Shown here: in pieces, positions 7,901 through 17,595 of the stretch
Layout of the letters: every line of letters begins with the position of its first letter
Numbering within the stretch: the first letter of the stretch is position 1
Origin: a virus
IMG/VR virus record: IMGVR_UViG_3300045988_098585
Strand: one strand, 5' to 3'
DNA: 64,000 bases
Notes under the pieces: model-generated
The model's database searches: none
What the model was told of the DNA's origin: nothing
The model's input: the letters and a program-made list of their open reading frames with translations, nothing else
Program-made: the position numbers and the translations under genes

Positions 7901-10634
7901 TTCCGTTGTGTGTGTATCTGTTCACACCATTGAAGCCCACAATCCTCGGTGTGTTCTCTCCTGTACTCTCCAGTATCAGTACACCTTGCCTTGTCGTGTC
8001 ACTCCTTGAACCATCAAGCACAATAGTATCTCCTTCTTCAGGAATACCACCTATCTCTGCCGTTGCAAACTCCTCAGTCATCGAGTCTAACGACAAAGAG
8101 TGCTTGCCGATTACAATCCACGAGAACATCTGCCCGCCATACAGCTCGTTGCCATATTCGTCATATATCTTCTCGTTCACACTCGATACGCCGTGCTCAG
8201 GGATTGTTCTCCAGTAGCTCTTGTTGCTTGTGTTCATGGTTCCTGCGGTCAACCTTCCGATAGTCTTGCACCTAACTTGGTCGCCCTCTCTCCACAGGTT
8301 CTGCGTAGCCGTAGTTCCGTCGTCAGCAAGAAGATAACAGAGCCAGCCTTCACACTTATCTACTACAGAAGTCTTATGCCATTCGCTATCTTCATTATCC
8401 CATATTACAGGCACAACCTTCACTATCTTGCTTCCTGCGCCCGACAGATACACATTACCGCCTGCATACGACAGTTTTCTTACCTCCAGTTGATTAAAGA
8501 TAGCCTTTCCCCAAATGGTAAGATTGGTGATAAAGGCATGATACTTGCCGTTCTTCTCCTTCTCAACAGAAAAGCCTTGTTCAGCCGCATTGTCGTAATC
8601 GAAAGACTTGATGGCATTAAACACCGCATCGCCCAACTCCGTAATCATAGCATTGTTGCCAAACTTCGCTCCCATCATCAAATCAGCAAGACCTTTGGCA
8701 ATAAGACCTTTCGCAAATGTGATTAATCCCTGCGCAGTGTCGTTGTATTGCTTTGACAGAAAATATCTTGTGCCGTACTTTGCAATTATATTGCTAAGTT
8801 GTGATGTTGTATATCCTCCATTATTAGAAGCTGAGCCTGATGCGATAATAGAATCAACTTTTTCTTTAAGCTGAGTTGTTGAACCTTTAACAGCTTCGTT
8901 TCCTATAGTGATTACTTGCTCAAAGTTATAATCAATATTGGTTGACAACTTTAACACTCTTGTTGTTAACAGATATCCATTTCCATCATTATAGGTAACC
9001 TTTTGCCCTATTTGTAGACAGGGATTATCTTTTTCAAAGACCTGTGGATAAGACTTTAGGCTATAATTATTCAAATCAGATTTAAGACGCTGAATCTCCT
9101 TTATAGCCTCGTCAAAAAGTCGCTTTTGAGCATCTTTAGTGTATATGCTTTCAGCCATTGCAATATTATATAGAACAGTAATATTGCACTTATATGTTGG
9201 CTTACTTTCTCCTCGTGGAATTATCATTTCACTCTCATTCGTAGGTATTATAAGATTATTATCCTCCTGATAGATAATCTCATAATCACCAGTTAAAACC
9301 GAAAAATTACCACCACTCACATCATCGGAGGCGTGAGAAGAAGAAGCTTCTTTATGATAAGAAAGTTCAAATCCTACATAATCACCATTCGTTCCACGTC
9401 CAGCGAGTGGGGTAGAGAGTGCGTCTTTATTAAAGTTCGCTTCAAAAGAGCACGACAAATTTTTCCCATTAATAAGCAGTTTATCCGTAACCTCGAAATC
9501 ATACCAATAATGCACAACGCCATCATCATTTGTTGTGTTAACTATTGCTTTTCCTTCGATTCTTTCTGTAGTCGGATAAGCAAGACGAATATACCACACA
9601 GTGAACGTCTTGTAAGTTGCCACAGAACCATCACTATTATATGTTAAAGGTATCTTCTTTTGGGTTTCCGAGTCAATTACATACTTTTCTCGCCCTCGTA
9701 CATTATAAACATACGTATTAAGAGATGGGTATATCTGAGAAAACTCAAGAACTTTAGTAAAAAGCGGTTCTTTTTTATCTTTTCTAATATCTATAGTAGA
9801 GAATTTATCTATAGTATAAGGTAACTTTTCTCCGTCAATATCAAGCGTTCCCATAGAAGGAGCTAATTGTAGACGGATATCTGACGAAGCTATATTCTCC
9901 CCTTTGTTATTTACTTGTGTAATGTTTCTTGTACCACCGAACACAGCGAAGGAGTTATAGTAATTTTCCTTGCTATTATTTACCGAAGGAATACCTACAT
10001 TTTTACCTACTTCAAGCGTTATATCTCCATCATCAATACACGTCTTGCATATATAGATAATCTCATTATCGTAATCTATATGCCATTCACAATTATTGCC
10101 AATAGCGTTACAGATAGCCGTAAGTGCAGATATGAAATCGTTATTGTCAAAAGATACATTAACCACATTCGCATTTGTTGTGTCATACACAACATTCCAT
10201 CCTGCTGTACCAAAGGCAATCTCATTATTCAGAAAATCTTTCAACTTATTCGCAATTGTATTCACCGTTCCCACAAACGACCATTCATGTTGTTTTATTT
10301 CTTCATTTTGCGAGTTGCGTGTGCGAATATAGAAAGGAATTTTTGATAAAATCATCTTTGGATGATGAAACTCTGGCGTATATTTCCAAGCCATTTCGTT
10401 GCTCTGCGTAGGCTCGTATGATTCCAAGAGAAGAAACTGACGAGTAACTTCTCTAACTTTATCAATTTTGTATGTATGCACAATGTATGCTCCAACAGGC
10501 AGGACAACCTTTTCGGCACTATTCCATGAGAGGGAGATATAGTCTGATTTAGATAATTCCTCCTCCCTAATAGCCGAATTGGTTATCTCTGCTTGCATAA
10601 GCACCCTTCCGTTCACATCATAGATATTAATCAT
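4983..10634 (-). CDS. giant tail tip/baseplate protein (Tal-like) with collagen-like segment and C-terminal receptor-binding-type domains
   Basis: 1883-aa ORF following TMP and a Dit-like gene (siphovirus gene order). Start overlaps the upstream stop (ATGA). Carries a collagen Gly-X-Y run. Confidence 0.8.
   Translation of the reverse strand: [1883 protein letters not shown]
7509..7664 (-). repeat. collagen-like Gly-X-Y repeat (17 triplets)
   Basis: [52 protein letters not shown]. Confidence 0.9.
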
Positions 10635-11077
10635 AATTTTTCTCTATCGTTAGGATTATACTCTGTTAATTTGAGGACAAATTTACCTTTTTTTAGCCCA
10701 TAATCACCAAACTGCGAACATTGCGTATAAACAAGCTTAAAAACCCTCTTTAATCGAGGAACTTTTAGACAAAACTCTCCAGAATAAGCTATCTTGTTAA
10801 GGAAAGCTTCATATTTTTGCAGATAATCCTCTTCCGAATTTCCTTCAAGAAAGAAAGAGATACTTACGTCACGCTTATCTTTCTTTGCATATTTCGGTGC
10901 TGCGATAACCGATTGTCCGTGTTCTAATCGACTATCATTTGTTACATAACCTTTTACTGGGGCAGGGGTTAACAAGGCTTCTCGCCAACCCCTTACCAAT
11001 GTAATACCGAAAGTATCAAGGTCAATATAAGCTGAATCCGCTTCATCGACCAATTTAATAAATGCATTATTCTTCAT
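10631..11077 (-). CDS. distal tail protein (Dit)-like
   Basis: 148-aa ORF between TMP and the Tal-like gene. Assigned by position only. Confidence 0.45.
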   Translation of the reverse strand: MKNNAFIKLVDEADSAYIDLDTFGITLVRGWREALLTPAPVKGYVTNDSRLEHGQSVIAAPKYAKKDKRDVSISFFLEGNSEEDYLQKYEAFLNKIAYSGEFCLKVPRLKRVFKLVYTQCSQFGDYGLKKGKFVLKLTEYNPNDREKL

Positions 11078-11079
11078 TT

Positions 11080-14000
11080 CTAATACCTTTCCTTCATTAA
11101 TTTATACATGCTTGCGATGTCCTCACGTATCAATATAATAGGTGCAGTATTCTTATTGATTGCTTCTAACTGCTCCAATCCCTGATACTGAATATCTCGC
11201 ATTTCTGAGATATTATTATATGTCTGTTCGGCATAGATGCGCAAAAAAGAAACATCAACGGCGATAGCCTTTCGAACTTCATTACCTTGCTCTTGTGCAA
11301 TCTGTACCGCATAACCGATGCCGATAAGGCTGCTTGCTTGGTCTGCGGTGATAGCCTCAATACCCTTGCCCGTTGCTGTTTGCTGAGATTGTGCTTCCTT
11401 ATATCCCGTCATTGCAGCAATATTATCCCTTATCTTCAAACCTTCATCAACGATGTTATCATACTCTTTTTTAAGTATATTCAAATCGTCATTGGAGAGC
11501 TGTCCTTGCTTCATCTTATCTGCCCATTTTTCATAAAGGGCTTTAAGTCTCTTATTAGCAAGGTCATCAACGGCAAAGTTAAGCATAGACTTATTGAGCA
11601 TCGTTGTGAAATCATTTGCGAAATCTTGCGCCGATTTACTCATATCCATAAGATTGCTAATAAAGTTGTCCTTTAACGAATCGAAGGTTGTCTGCGTAAG
11701 ATTCTGATTGATTTTATCAGTCAGCTCTTCAAGCTTCTCGGCAAGGTCGGTATAATTCTCCCAATATTCGGTTTTATCATATTTACCTTGGTCGGTCATA
11801 TTCTTCCATACATCTTGGTTGTATGTGCGAATATCCTTCATTTGCTCTGGAGTGAGCTTGTAAATATCCTCCAAAGAACTTACCTTGTTTATCGTAGAAT
11901 TAACATAACCACCTCTGACCGCTGATTGCTGTGCTAATGTGCGATTGATAGCCGCATAGTCCTGCGCCGACAGATTCCAATAATAAGCGTTAGAGTGATG
12001 CGAGCCGTGGTAACCCATCTGCGTTTGAAGAATCTCCATACTCTGCTTATTGATTTGCTTCTGTGCATCATAGGCTTTCTGATAATTGCTGACGGCACTC
12101 ATTCCCGAAGTCTTATCAATCGAACTCTTCAATTGCTCAATAGAGTATCGCAATCGCTCGTTGGATTCTGTAAGGCGGTTGGTAGTCTCCGCAACCTCCT
12201 TCGCATTACTTCCGTCACCGATACCAAGAGCACTACCAAGCGATTTGATAGCCCCTACACCGTTAATAGCTGCCCCGATATAGTTACCCGTAGCAAAGTC
12301 TGATGCCGCTTGCGAACCCTTATTGAAGGCATCTGCACCACTTTTAAGCTTCTTTCCAAGGTCTGTATCACCGAAACCGAGAACATCAATCAATTCACTT
12401 GCTTCTTGTAGCTTCTTAGCAACGTTACCGATACTTTCTGCCCATTCATTAGCAATCTCTTTAATTGACTTTCTTGCCTTATCTTGTGATATATTTGCAT
12501 CCTCCTGTGCCTTCTTTACGTCCTTTGTTGCCTTTCCGACTTTTACCTCAGAAACAGCGAGCTCATCAAAGAGTTTCTTTAATTTTTCAAGCTGTTCATT
12601 ACTGAGGTTCATCTTATTCTCATTGAAGAGTGTGCTTTTATTCTGAGAGGTTATCTTATCAGTATCTACATATACCCCCGTCTCCGCAAAGACTTTCTGT
12701 ATAGCAATTTTCGCAGAAGACATCTGCTCTTGTGCATTATATTGCTCTACTGTAGCTTTTCTTAATCGCTCTTGTGCGTCAGCAGCCTCTTGTAAGAGTC
12801 GATTATGTTCACGCACCTTCTCGTTAGACCAACCCCATTTATCGGTTTGCTCTGAAATAGCATCATCAATCTTACCAATCTGTTCAGACACAACCTTCAT
12901 ATCATCAATATCAAGAGTACCCGAACCGAGAAGGTCTTTGAGCTTTTTTCTTAGGTCTTCGAGATAAGATTTACTCAATCTTCCCATATCAGAGAAAACA
13001 GAATCCCAGTTGATAGAATCCTTGAAATCATTAAAGTTGAGCTTCTTTAGCTGCTCTTCAAGGTCAGTTTTCAGCTTTGCTTCCTCGAAAATATTACCCT
13101 TTGCCCTTGCTTCTTTGATTTTCTCGTTATATTCCTCAACGATGGTGAGCTTCTGCTGTTCGAGGTTGCCATACTCCTTTAAGTATTCACGATATGATTT
13201 TAATTCATCGGCATAAATCTCATTATTATATGATTCTACAGTCTTTTGCTCAATGATGGTATACTGCTCAGTAATCTTCTTAATATTCTTTGAATCAAGA
13301 TGTTTCTTATCATCCCAAGTCTCAGCCTTACCACCCTTTGCCTTGATAACAAACTGCTGTGCGTCAAATTCAGCTTTCTGTCGGTCACGCTCTGCCTTGA
13401 TAGCTGCATTCTTTCGTTCTTCAATCTGCTCAATCTCTTTGGATAGCTCTCTTTTGCGCTCGGCGATGACCTTCTCTTCGCTTTCTTTCATCGCCTTAAT
13501 CTTAGCATCGGTTACCTCCTGTTCCAAAGATTGCCAAGCTTTTGCTCTTTCATAAGCATTCTTATAGATAACATCATCAAGCTTCCCCTCTGCTGTATTA
13601 ATCTGCTTTTGCTGAGTAGCATCCTTCTTTGCATCGGTCTTACTTTTATTTGCGAGAGAACGTTTTGCTGATTCCTCTTGTCTGATGAGCATTCTCTGTT
13701 CGCTATTCTGCTGAACTTGCGTTCTAAGAACCTGCATTCTAAGTTCACGCTCTGCGGCAATATCCTTCAAAGATTGAGTATGCAATTTAGCTTGCTTCTC
13801 ATGTAGCTCAACGAGTTGTTGCTGCTGCTTTATCTGAAAATCGTATTTCTGCTTAACAAGAGCCTTTGCCTCCTCAATGGCTGCAATTTTCTCCTTTCCT
13901 TGCAAGGTATATATCTTATTTCTTACTTCGGCAATTTTTCCGTCAAGTTTGAGCTGAGTTTCTTTATTCTTATTGATAGCAATCTGTGCTTCTTGAATCT

Positions 14001-16221
14001 TGCCTGCAAGAGAAGCCGCTTGCTCTGCCTTTGATAGCATTCCATTGAATGCCGCTCCCAACTTCTTTGATAAATCATCATTAGTAAAAGCATCATAAGC
14101 AGTTTTAACCGCACCAATCGCCCCAGATACTCCCGTCTTGAATACATCAATGACAGTTTCGCCAGCACCTTTAATTCCATCCCAAGTCTTTTTGAGACCA
14201 GCAGTAAAGGTGTCCCAGTCCATATTTAATACACCTTTAATGGTAGTTCCAAGACCACCAATAAGGTTCACCGCAGCTTTTACGGCGGTTTTAAACGTCT
14301 TCACGAAGTTGTTACCGAAGTCACGAAGAGGACCGTTTGGCTTAGTGAAGCACTTGTACAAGTACTCTCCGAAGATAATTACAATATCAGTGATAGACTT
14401 AGCAAGAGAACCAAAGTAAGCCATCAGCTTTGTATAGACCTTCTGACCCTCTGCGGATTTAGTCATCCATGTATGCACCGCCTTGAAAGCAAGAGCGATA
14501 GCTGCAATCACCGCACCCACAGGTGTTGCACACATTCCCCATAGAGCCTTTGTTACAGACTTGATGGCTGTAAGAGACCCCGTTACGGGAATACCAAGAG
14601 CCTTGAAAGCTTCGCCGACTTTACCAATCTCACTTTGTAACTTACCATTGGCAGTCATTACATTAATGATTCCGTCTTTAAAGTTGTTTAGACCAGACTT
14701 TGCTTGTGCGAACTCTTCACTAAAACGCTGACCGATGGAAGAACCGCTTACTTTTGCTTTCAGCTCATCAATAGGTTGAGAGATTTTATCTTTTATGCTC
14801 TGTCCAAAATCGGAAATCTTCTGCCCAAAATCGGAAATCTGATTGCGCAATCTACCGATAAAAGTCTCTTCGTTCTTCTCACGGATAGCCTCTTGCAATA
14901 CAGATATATTATTCTTTGTCTTTTCAATCTCAGACTGTAGTTTCTGCAAATCTTCTTTCTGCTTATCCCCAAGCAACTTGCCATCCATCTTAGAAGCTTC
15001 TGCTTCCAAATCTTGCAATTTCTGCTTACTCTCATCAAGCTTAGAAGTAAGTTCTGATAATGATGTGTCCTCAACGTTGATTTTTACTGTTGAAATTGTA
15101 TCAGATTGAACGATGGTTGAACCACCTTGAATCTTATTCGCAGCTTCGAGAAGAGCATTGTATTGCTGAAGGTCTGCATTAAGTCGCTGTTGTTCTGTTT
15201 GCCAATCATTGATTTTCGATTGAAGAGCATCAATATTTGTCTGTGCTTTCTCTATAAGCTTATTATAGTAGTTAGCACCATTTCCCGTTTCGTTATCCGC
15301 AGCAGAAAGATTGTTGATAGCATTTTTATAACCCTCAATCTTTGATTTCTGTACCTCAATCTTCTTTGTTGCTTCCTCAATATTTTTAGCAAAGTCAGTT
15401 GTGCCAAGTTTATTCTGAATATCTTCAATAGTCTTCTCGTACAACTTCATATCCGCTTTCAGCTCCTTTGCGCTCTCTGATTGCATTCGCTCAATCTCTG
15501 CACGACCCGAAGCAACGGAAATATACTGCTGCAAGGCTTCTGTCAGATGTTTGGTTGCTTCTACATTCTGATTCTCGGCTTCGGCATTCTGTGTTGCTGC
15601 CTCAGCATTAGCCACGTGCGCCGCTGCTTCTGCTGATGTAGCGGTTGCTGCCGTTGTAGCTGTAGCCCCTACAGCAATATTCGTTGCGGATTGAACGCTA
15701 TTAGCACTTGTACTTGCAACTGAGAATGCACTTAATGCTTGATACGCACCATTTACCTGAGAGATAGAATTTTTGACCCCATCATAAGATTCAACGAGGT
15801 CTTTTACATCACCTTTCGCCAATTCCAAAGAATGCTTTTGAGCATCAATCTGCTTAGTAAGCGAGCCGAATGCCTCTGAGCCTTTTTCCGTATTAGCTAA
15901 CTGCTCGTTAAGTTTACCGATAGTACCTTCAATGGTTTCTACTCGTTTATTAGCAGTATCAATCATTTCTGGTACTACCTGAATTCCCTTCGTAGCTTCA
16001 TCCATAGCAGATTTAAGAACCTGCATAGCCTTGGTGGTCTTTGTCGCAAGGTCTTCATCGGATTGCGCCACATCGTTAAGTGCCTTATTCATTCTCTGAG
16101 ATAAGGCTTCTGTATCAACGCCGACACGATTCAACCCATCACAAAGCTTATCAAGTGATGCTTGAATATCGGAAATATCCATCTGTCCGCTGATTCCAAG
16201 GATTTCATCTGCTGCTGCCAT
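11080..16221 (-). CDS. tape measure protein
   Basis: 1713-aa ORF, highly alpha-helical and coiled-coil with a central hydrophobic segment (GMCATPVGAVIAAIALAFKAVHTW). Follows the chaperone pair. Confidence 0.9.
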   Translation of the reverse strand: MAAADEILGISGQMDISDIQASLDKLCDGLNRVGVDTEALSQRMNKALNDVAQSDEDLATKTTKAMQVLKSAMDEATKGIQVVPEMIDTANKRVETIEGTIGKLNEQLANTEKGSEAFGSLTKQIDAQKHSLELAKGDVKDLVESYDGVKNSISQVNGAYQALSAFSVASTSANSVQSATNIAVGATATTAATATSAEAAAHVANAEAATQNAEAENQNVEATKHLTEALQQYISVASGRAEIERMQSESAKELKADMKLYEKTIEDIQNKLGTTDFAKNIEEATKKIEVQKSKIEGYKNAINNLSAADNETGNGANYYNKLIEKAQTNIDALQSKINDWQTEQQRLNADLQQYNALLEAANKIQGGSTIVQSDTISTVKINVEDTSLSELTSKLDESKQKLQDLEAEASKMDGKLLGDKQKEDLQKLQSEIEKTKNNISVLQEAIREKNEETFIGRLRNQISDFGQKISDFGQSIKDKISQPIDELKAKVSGSSIGQRFSEEFAQAKSGLNNFKDGIINVMTANGKLQSEIGKVGEAFKALGIPVTGSLTAIKSVTKALWGMCATPVGAVIAAIALAFKAVHTWMTKSAEGQKVYTKLMAYFGSLAKSITDIVIIFGEYLYKCFTKPNGPLRDFGNNFVKTFKTAVKAAVNLIGGLGTTIKGVLNMDWDTFTAGLKKTWDGIKGAGETVIDVFKTGVSGAIGAVKTAYDAFTNDDLSKKLGAAFNGMLSKAEQAASLAGKIQEAQIAINKNKETQLKLDGKIAEVRNKIYTLQGKEKIAAIEEAKALVKQKYDFQIKQQQQLVELHEKQAKLHTQSLKDIAAERELRMQVLRTQVQQNSEQRMLIRQEESAKRSLANKSKTDAKKDATQQKQINTAEGKLDDVIYKNAYERAKAWQSLEQEVTDAKIKAMKESEEKVIAERKRELSKEIEQIEERKNAAIKAERDRQKAEFDAQQFVIKAKGGKAETWDDKKHLDSKNIKKITEQYTIIEQKTVESYNNEIYADELKSYREYLKEYGNLEQQKLTIVEEYNEKIKEARAKGNIFEEAKLKTDLEEQLKKLNFNDFKDSINWDSVFSDMGRLSKSYLEDLRKKLKDLLGSGTLDIDDMKVVSEQIGKIDDAISEQTDKWGWSNEKVREHNRLLQEAADAQERLRKATVEQYNAQEQMSSAKIAIQKVFAETGVYVDTDKITSQNKSTLFNENKMNLSNEQLEKLKKLFDELAVSEVKVGKATKDVKKAQEDANISQDKARKSIKEIANEWAESIGNVAKKLQEASELIDVLGFGDTDLGKKLKSGADAFNKGSQAASDFATGNYIGAAINGVGAIKSLGSALGIGDGSNAKEVAETTNRLTESNERLRYSIEQLKSSIDKTSGMSAVSNYQKAYDAQKQINKQSMEILQTQMGYHGSHHSNAYYWNLSAQDYAAINRTLAQQSAVRGGYVNSTINKVSSLEDIYKLTPEQMKDIRTYNQDVWKNMTDQGKYDKTEYWENYTDLAEKLEELTDKINQNLTQTTFDSLKDNFISNLMDMSKSAQDFANDFTTMLNKSMLNFAVDDLANKRLKALYEKWADKMKQGQLSNDDLNILKKEYDNIVDEGLKIRDNIAAMTGYKEAQSQQTATGKGIEAITADQASSLIGIGYAVQIAQEQGNEVRKAIAVDVSFLRIYAEQTYNNISEMRDIQYQGLEQLEAINKNTAPIILIREDIASMYKLMKERY

Positions 16222-16245
16222 ATTGTTTGCTTATTTATGTGATTA

Positions 16246-16545
16246 TTACATCAAGCCCATAAAGAAATCATTAGCAGAGATTGATTTATCTATCTTGTGA
16301 TACTCTTTTTGCGGCTTTTTTTGCTGTCTGCTGCCTTTTCTCGGTTCATCCTTAGTATTTGTATTAAAGGGCGGAATCGAGCGGTTAAGCAGAATAATAT
16401 TGAGGTATGAGCGATTAAATACGACCTCCTCGTAACTCATACGAAAGTACTTCATTACTGCTCCGATTGTTGACCATGGGGAGTCGTTTTCGGCTCCGTC
16501 ATTATCTTCGTCTGGGTCAGGAAAGTTATAGAGGTTAAGAAAAAA
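16246..16545 (-). CDS. gpT-like -1 frame extension of the tail assembly chaperone (expressed as G-T fusion)
   Basis: The -1 frame is open from the slippery site through the 69-aa track ORF 16246..16455. I translated FFLNLYNFPDPDEDNDGAENDSPWSTIGAVMKYFRM with no stop. Confidence 0.6.
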   Translation of the reverse strand, partial: FFLNLYNFPDPDEDNDGAENDSPWSTIGAVMKYFRMSYEEVVFNRSYLNIILLNRSIPPFNTNTKDEPRKGSRQQKKPQKEYHKIDKSISANDFFMGLM

Positions 16546-16901
16546 TTTGCATTAAACGAACCGCTGATAAACTTTATAAGCTCATTGAATGCCATAATAC
16601 CAAGGTGCTTGCGTATATATCGCCCCCATACCTTGCGTGCCCACTTCTTGCGAAAGGCGCACACGATAAAAATCTCGCTCATTAAACGAGCTGTCTCAGA
16701 GTGCTCAAACAAAAGAGGGATGATATTCATCATATCGCCTTCCTTCCATGTTGGTTCTTTGATAGAGTTACCGAATACACCCATTTCGTATATCTGCATA
16801 AAAGTAAGTGGCTTCACTTTAAAGCGAAACTTACCAACTTTAATCTTTACAGATGCCTCGGCAAGCGTCTTTGCTACCTTCTCCTTATCTGATGTTTTCA
16901 T
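16455..16901 (-). CDS. tail assembly chaperone (gpG-like)
   Basis: 148-aa ORF between the major tail protein and TMP. Its stop overlaps the start of the next ORF (TAATG). Confidence 0.7.
   Translation of the reverse strand: MKTSDKEKVAKTLAEASVKIKVGKFRFKVKPLTFMQIYEMGVFGNSIKEPTWKEGDMMNIIPLLFEHSETARLMSEIFIVCAFRKKWARKVWGRYIRKHLGIMAFNELIKFISGSFNANFFLTSITFLTQTKIMTEPKTTPHGQQSEQ
16539..16545 (-). promoter_or_regulatory. -1 programmed frameshift slippery heptamer T_TTT_TTC
   Basis: mRNA reads GCA AAT TTT TTC TTA in frame 0 (NANFFL of the 148-aa ORF). This is a classical X_XXY_YYZ site at the canonical position between the major tail and TMP genes. Confidence 0.65.
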
Positions 16902-16924
16902 ATCGAAAATATATTTTATAACAT

Positions 16925-16966
16925 AAAAAAGCGGTGCGGCTTGGGAAAGTTCCCTTACCTCACCGC
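16925..16966 (-). terminator. intrinsic terminator after major tail protein gene
   Basis: Minus strand: GCGGTG..(GGGA/TCCC inner stem)..CACCGC followed by TTTTTT. Confidence 0.6.
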
Positions 16967-17024
16967 CTTTTGAAGTTTAATTTTAATCTTTTGTCTAAAT
17001 AAAAATCTTAGATACTAAGTATTT

Positions 17025-17591
17025 TTACTTACCAAGCGGAGTGCTGATATCCTTGGTAAGAATATTACGATGACCGCTCTTCTTCTCACCCTTTGCATCG
17101 AATACCGCCATCTGACGGAACTCAATGTTGAGGTTAGGAAGTCCACTCTTACCGATAGAACCACTGCGAGTGATTGTAAGTTTCATCTTAGACCACTGGA
17201 AGGTACGAGAAGGAATGTCATCCAATTCCTTTGTTACAATCTGTACAGCCTTGTAAATCTCGGTTTCTTGTGGAAGCTCATTCAACCAAGCATCCTTACC
17301 ACCAGTACCAGAATCCTTGGTATAACCAAGAAGCTTAGTAAAGTTCTCTTCTGAGAAATCGTATGTCTGCAAGGTGAAACCCTTTGTTGCTGCTGATGTG
17401 GTAAGCACTGCGTAAGGGTCTTCCGAATCCTCAACCTCTACATCCGATGTCTGTGCTGCTTGGTCATTGAAACTCAAGCTACCAGAAACGACAGCCTTAA
17501 TTTTGTCGCTCCATGTTGTAGGATAGCCGCCATTTTCGACACAATCGGCAAAACTGAAGCTTTCCAAGCCATATACACCATTCTTTGCCAT
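17025..17591 (-). CDS. major tail protein
   Basis: 188-aa ORF directly upstream of the chaperone/TMP genes and followed by a terminator hairpin. Assigned by position. Confidence 0.6.
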   Translation of the reverse strand: MAKNGVYGLESFSFADCVENGGYPTTWSDKIKAVVSGSLSFNDQAAQTSDVEVEDSEDPYAVLTTSAATKGFTLQTYDFSEENFTKLLGYTKDSGTGGKDAWLNELPQETEIYKAVQIVTKELDDIPSRTFQWSKMKLTITRSGSIGKSGLPNLNIEFRQMAVFDAKGEKKSGHRNILTKDISTPLGK

Positions 17592-17595
17592 AATT

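Noticed and set aside
2703-10634. Diversity-generating retroelement targeting the fibre genes.
   Set aside because: No reverse transcriptase ORF and no template/variable repeat pair were seen anywhere in the window.
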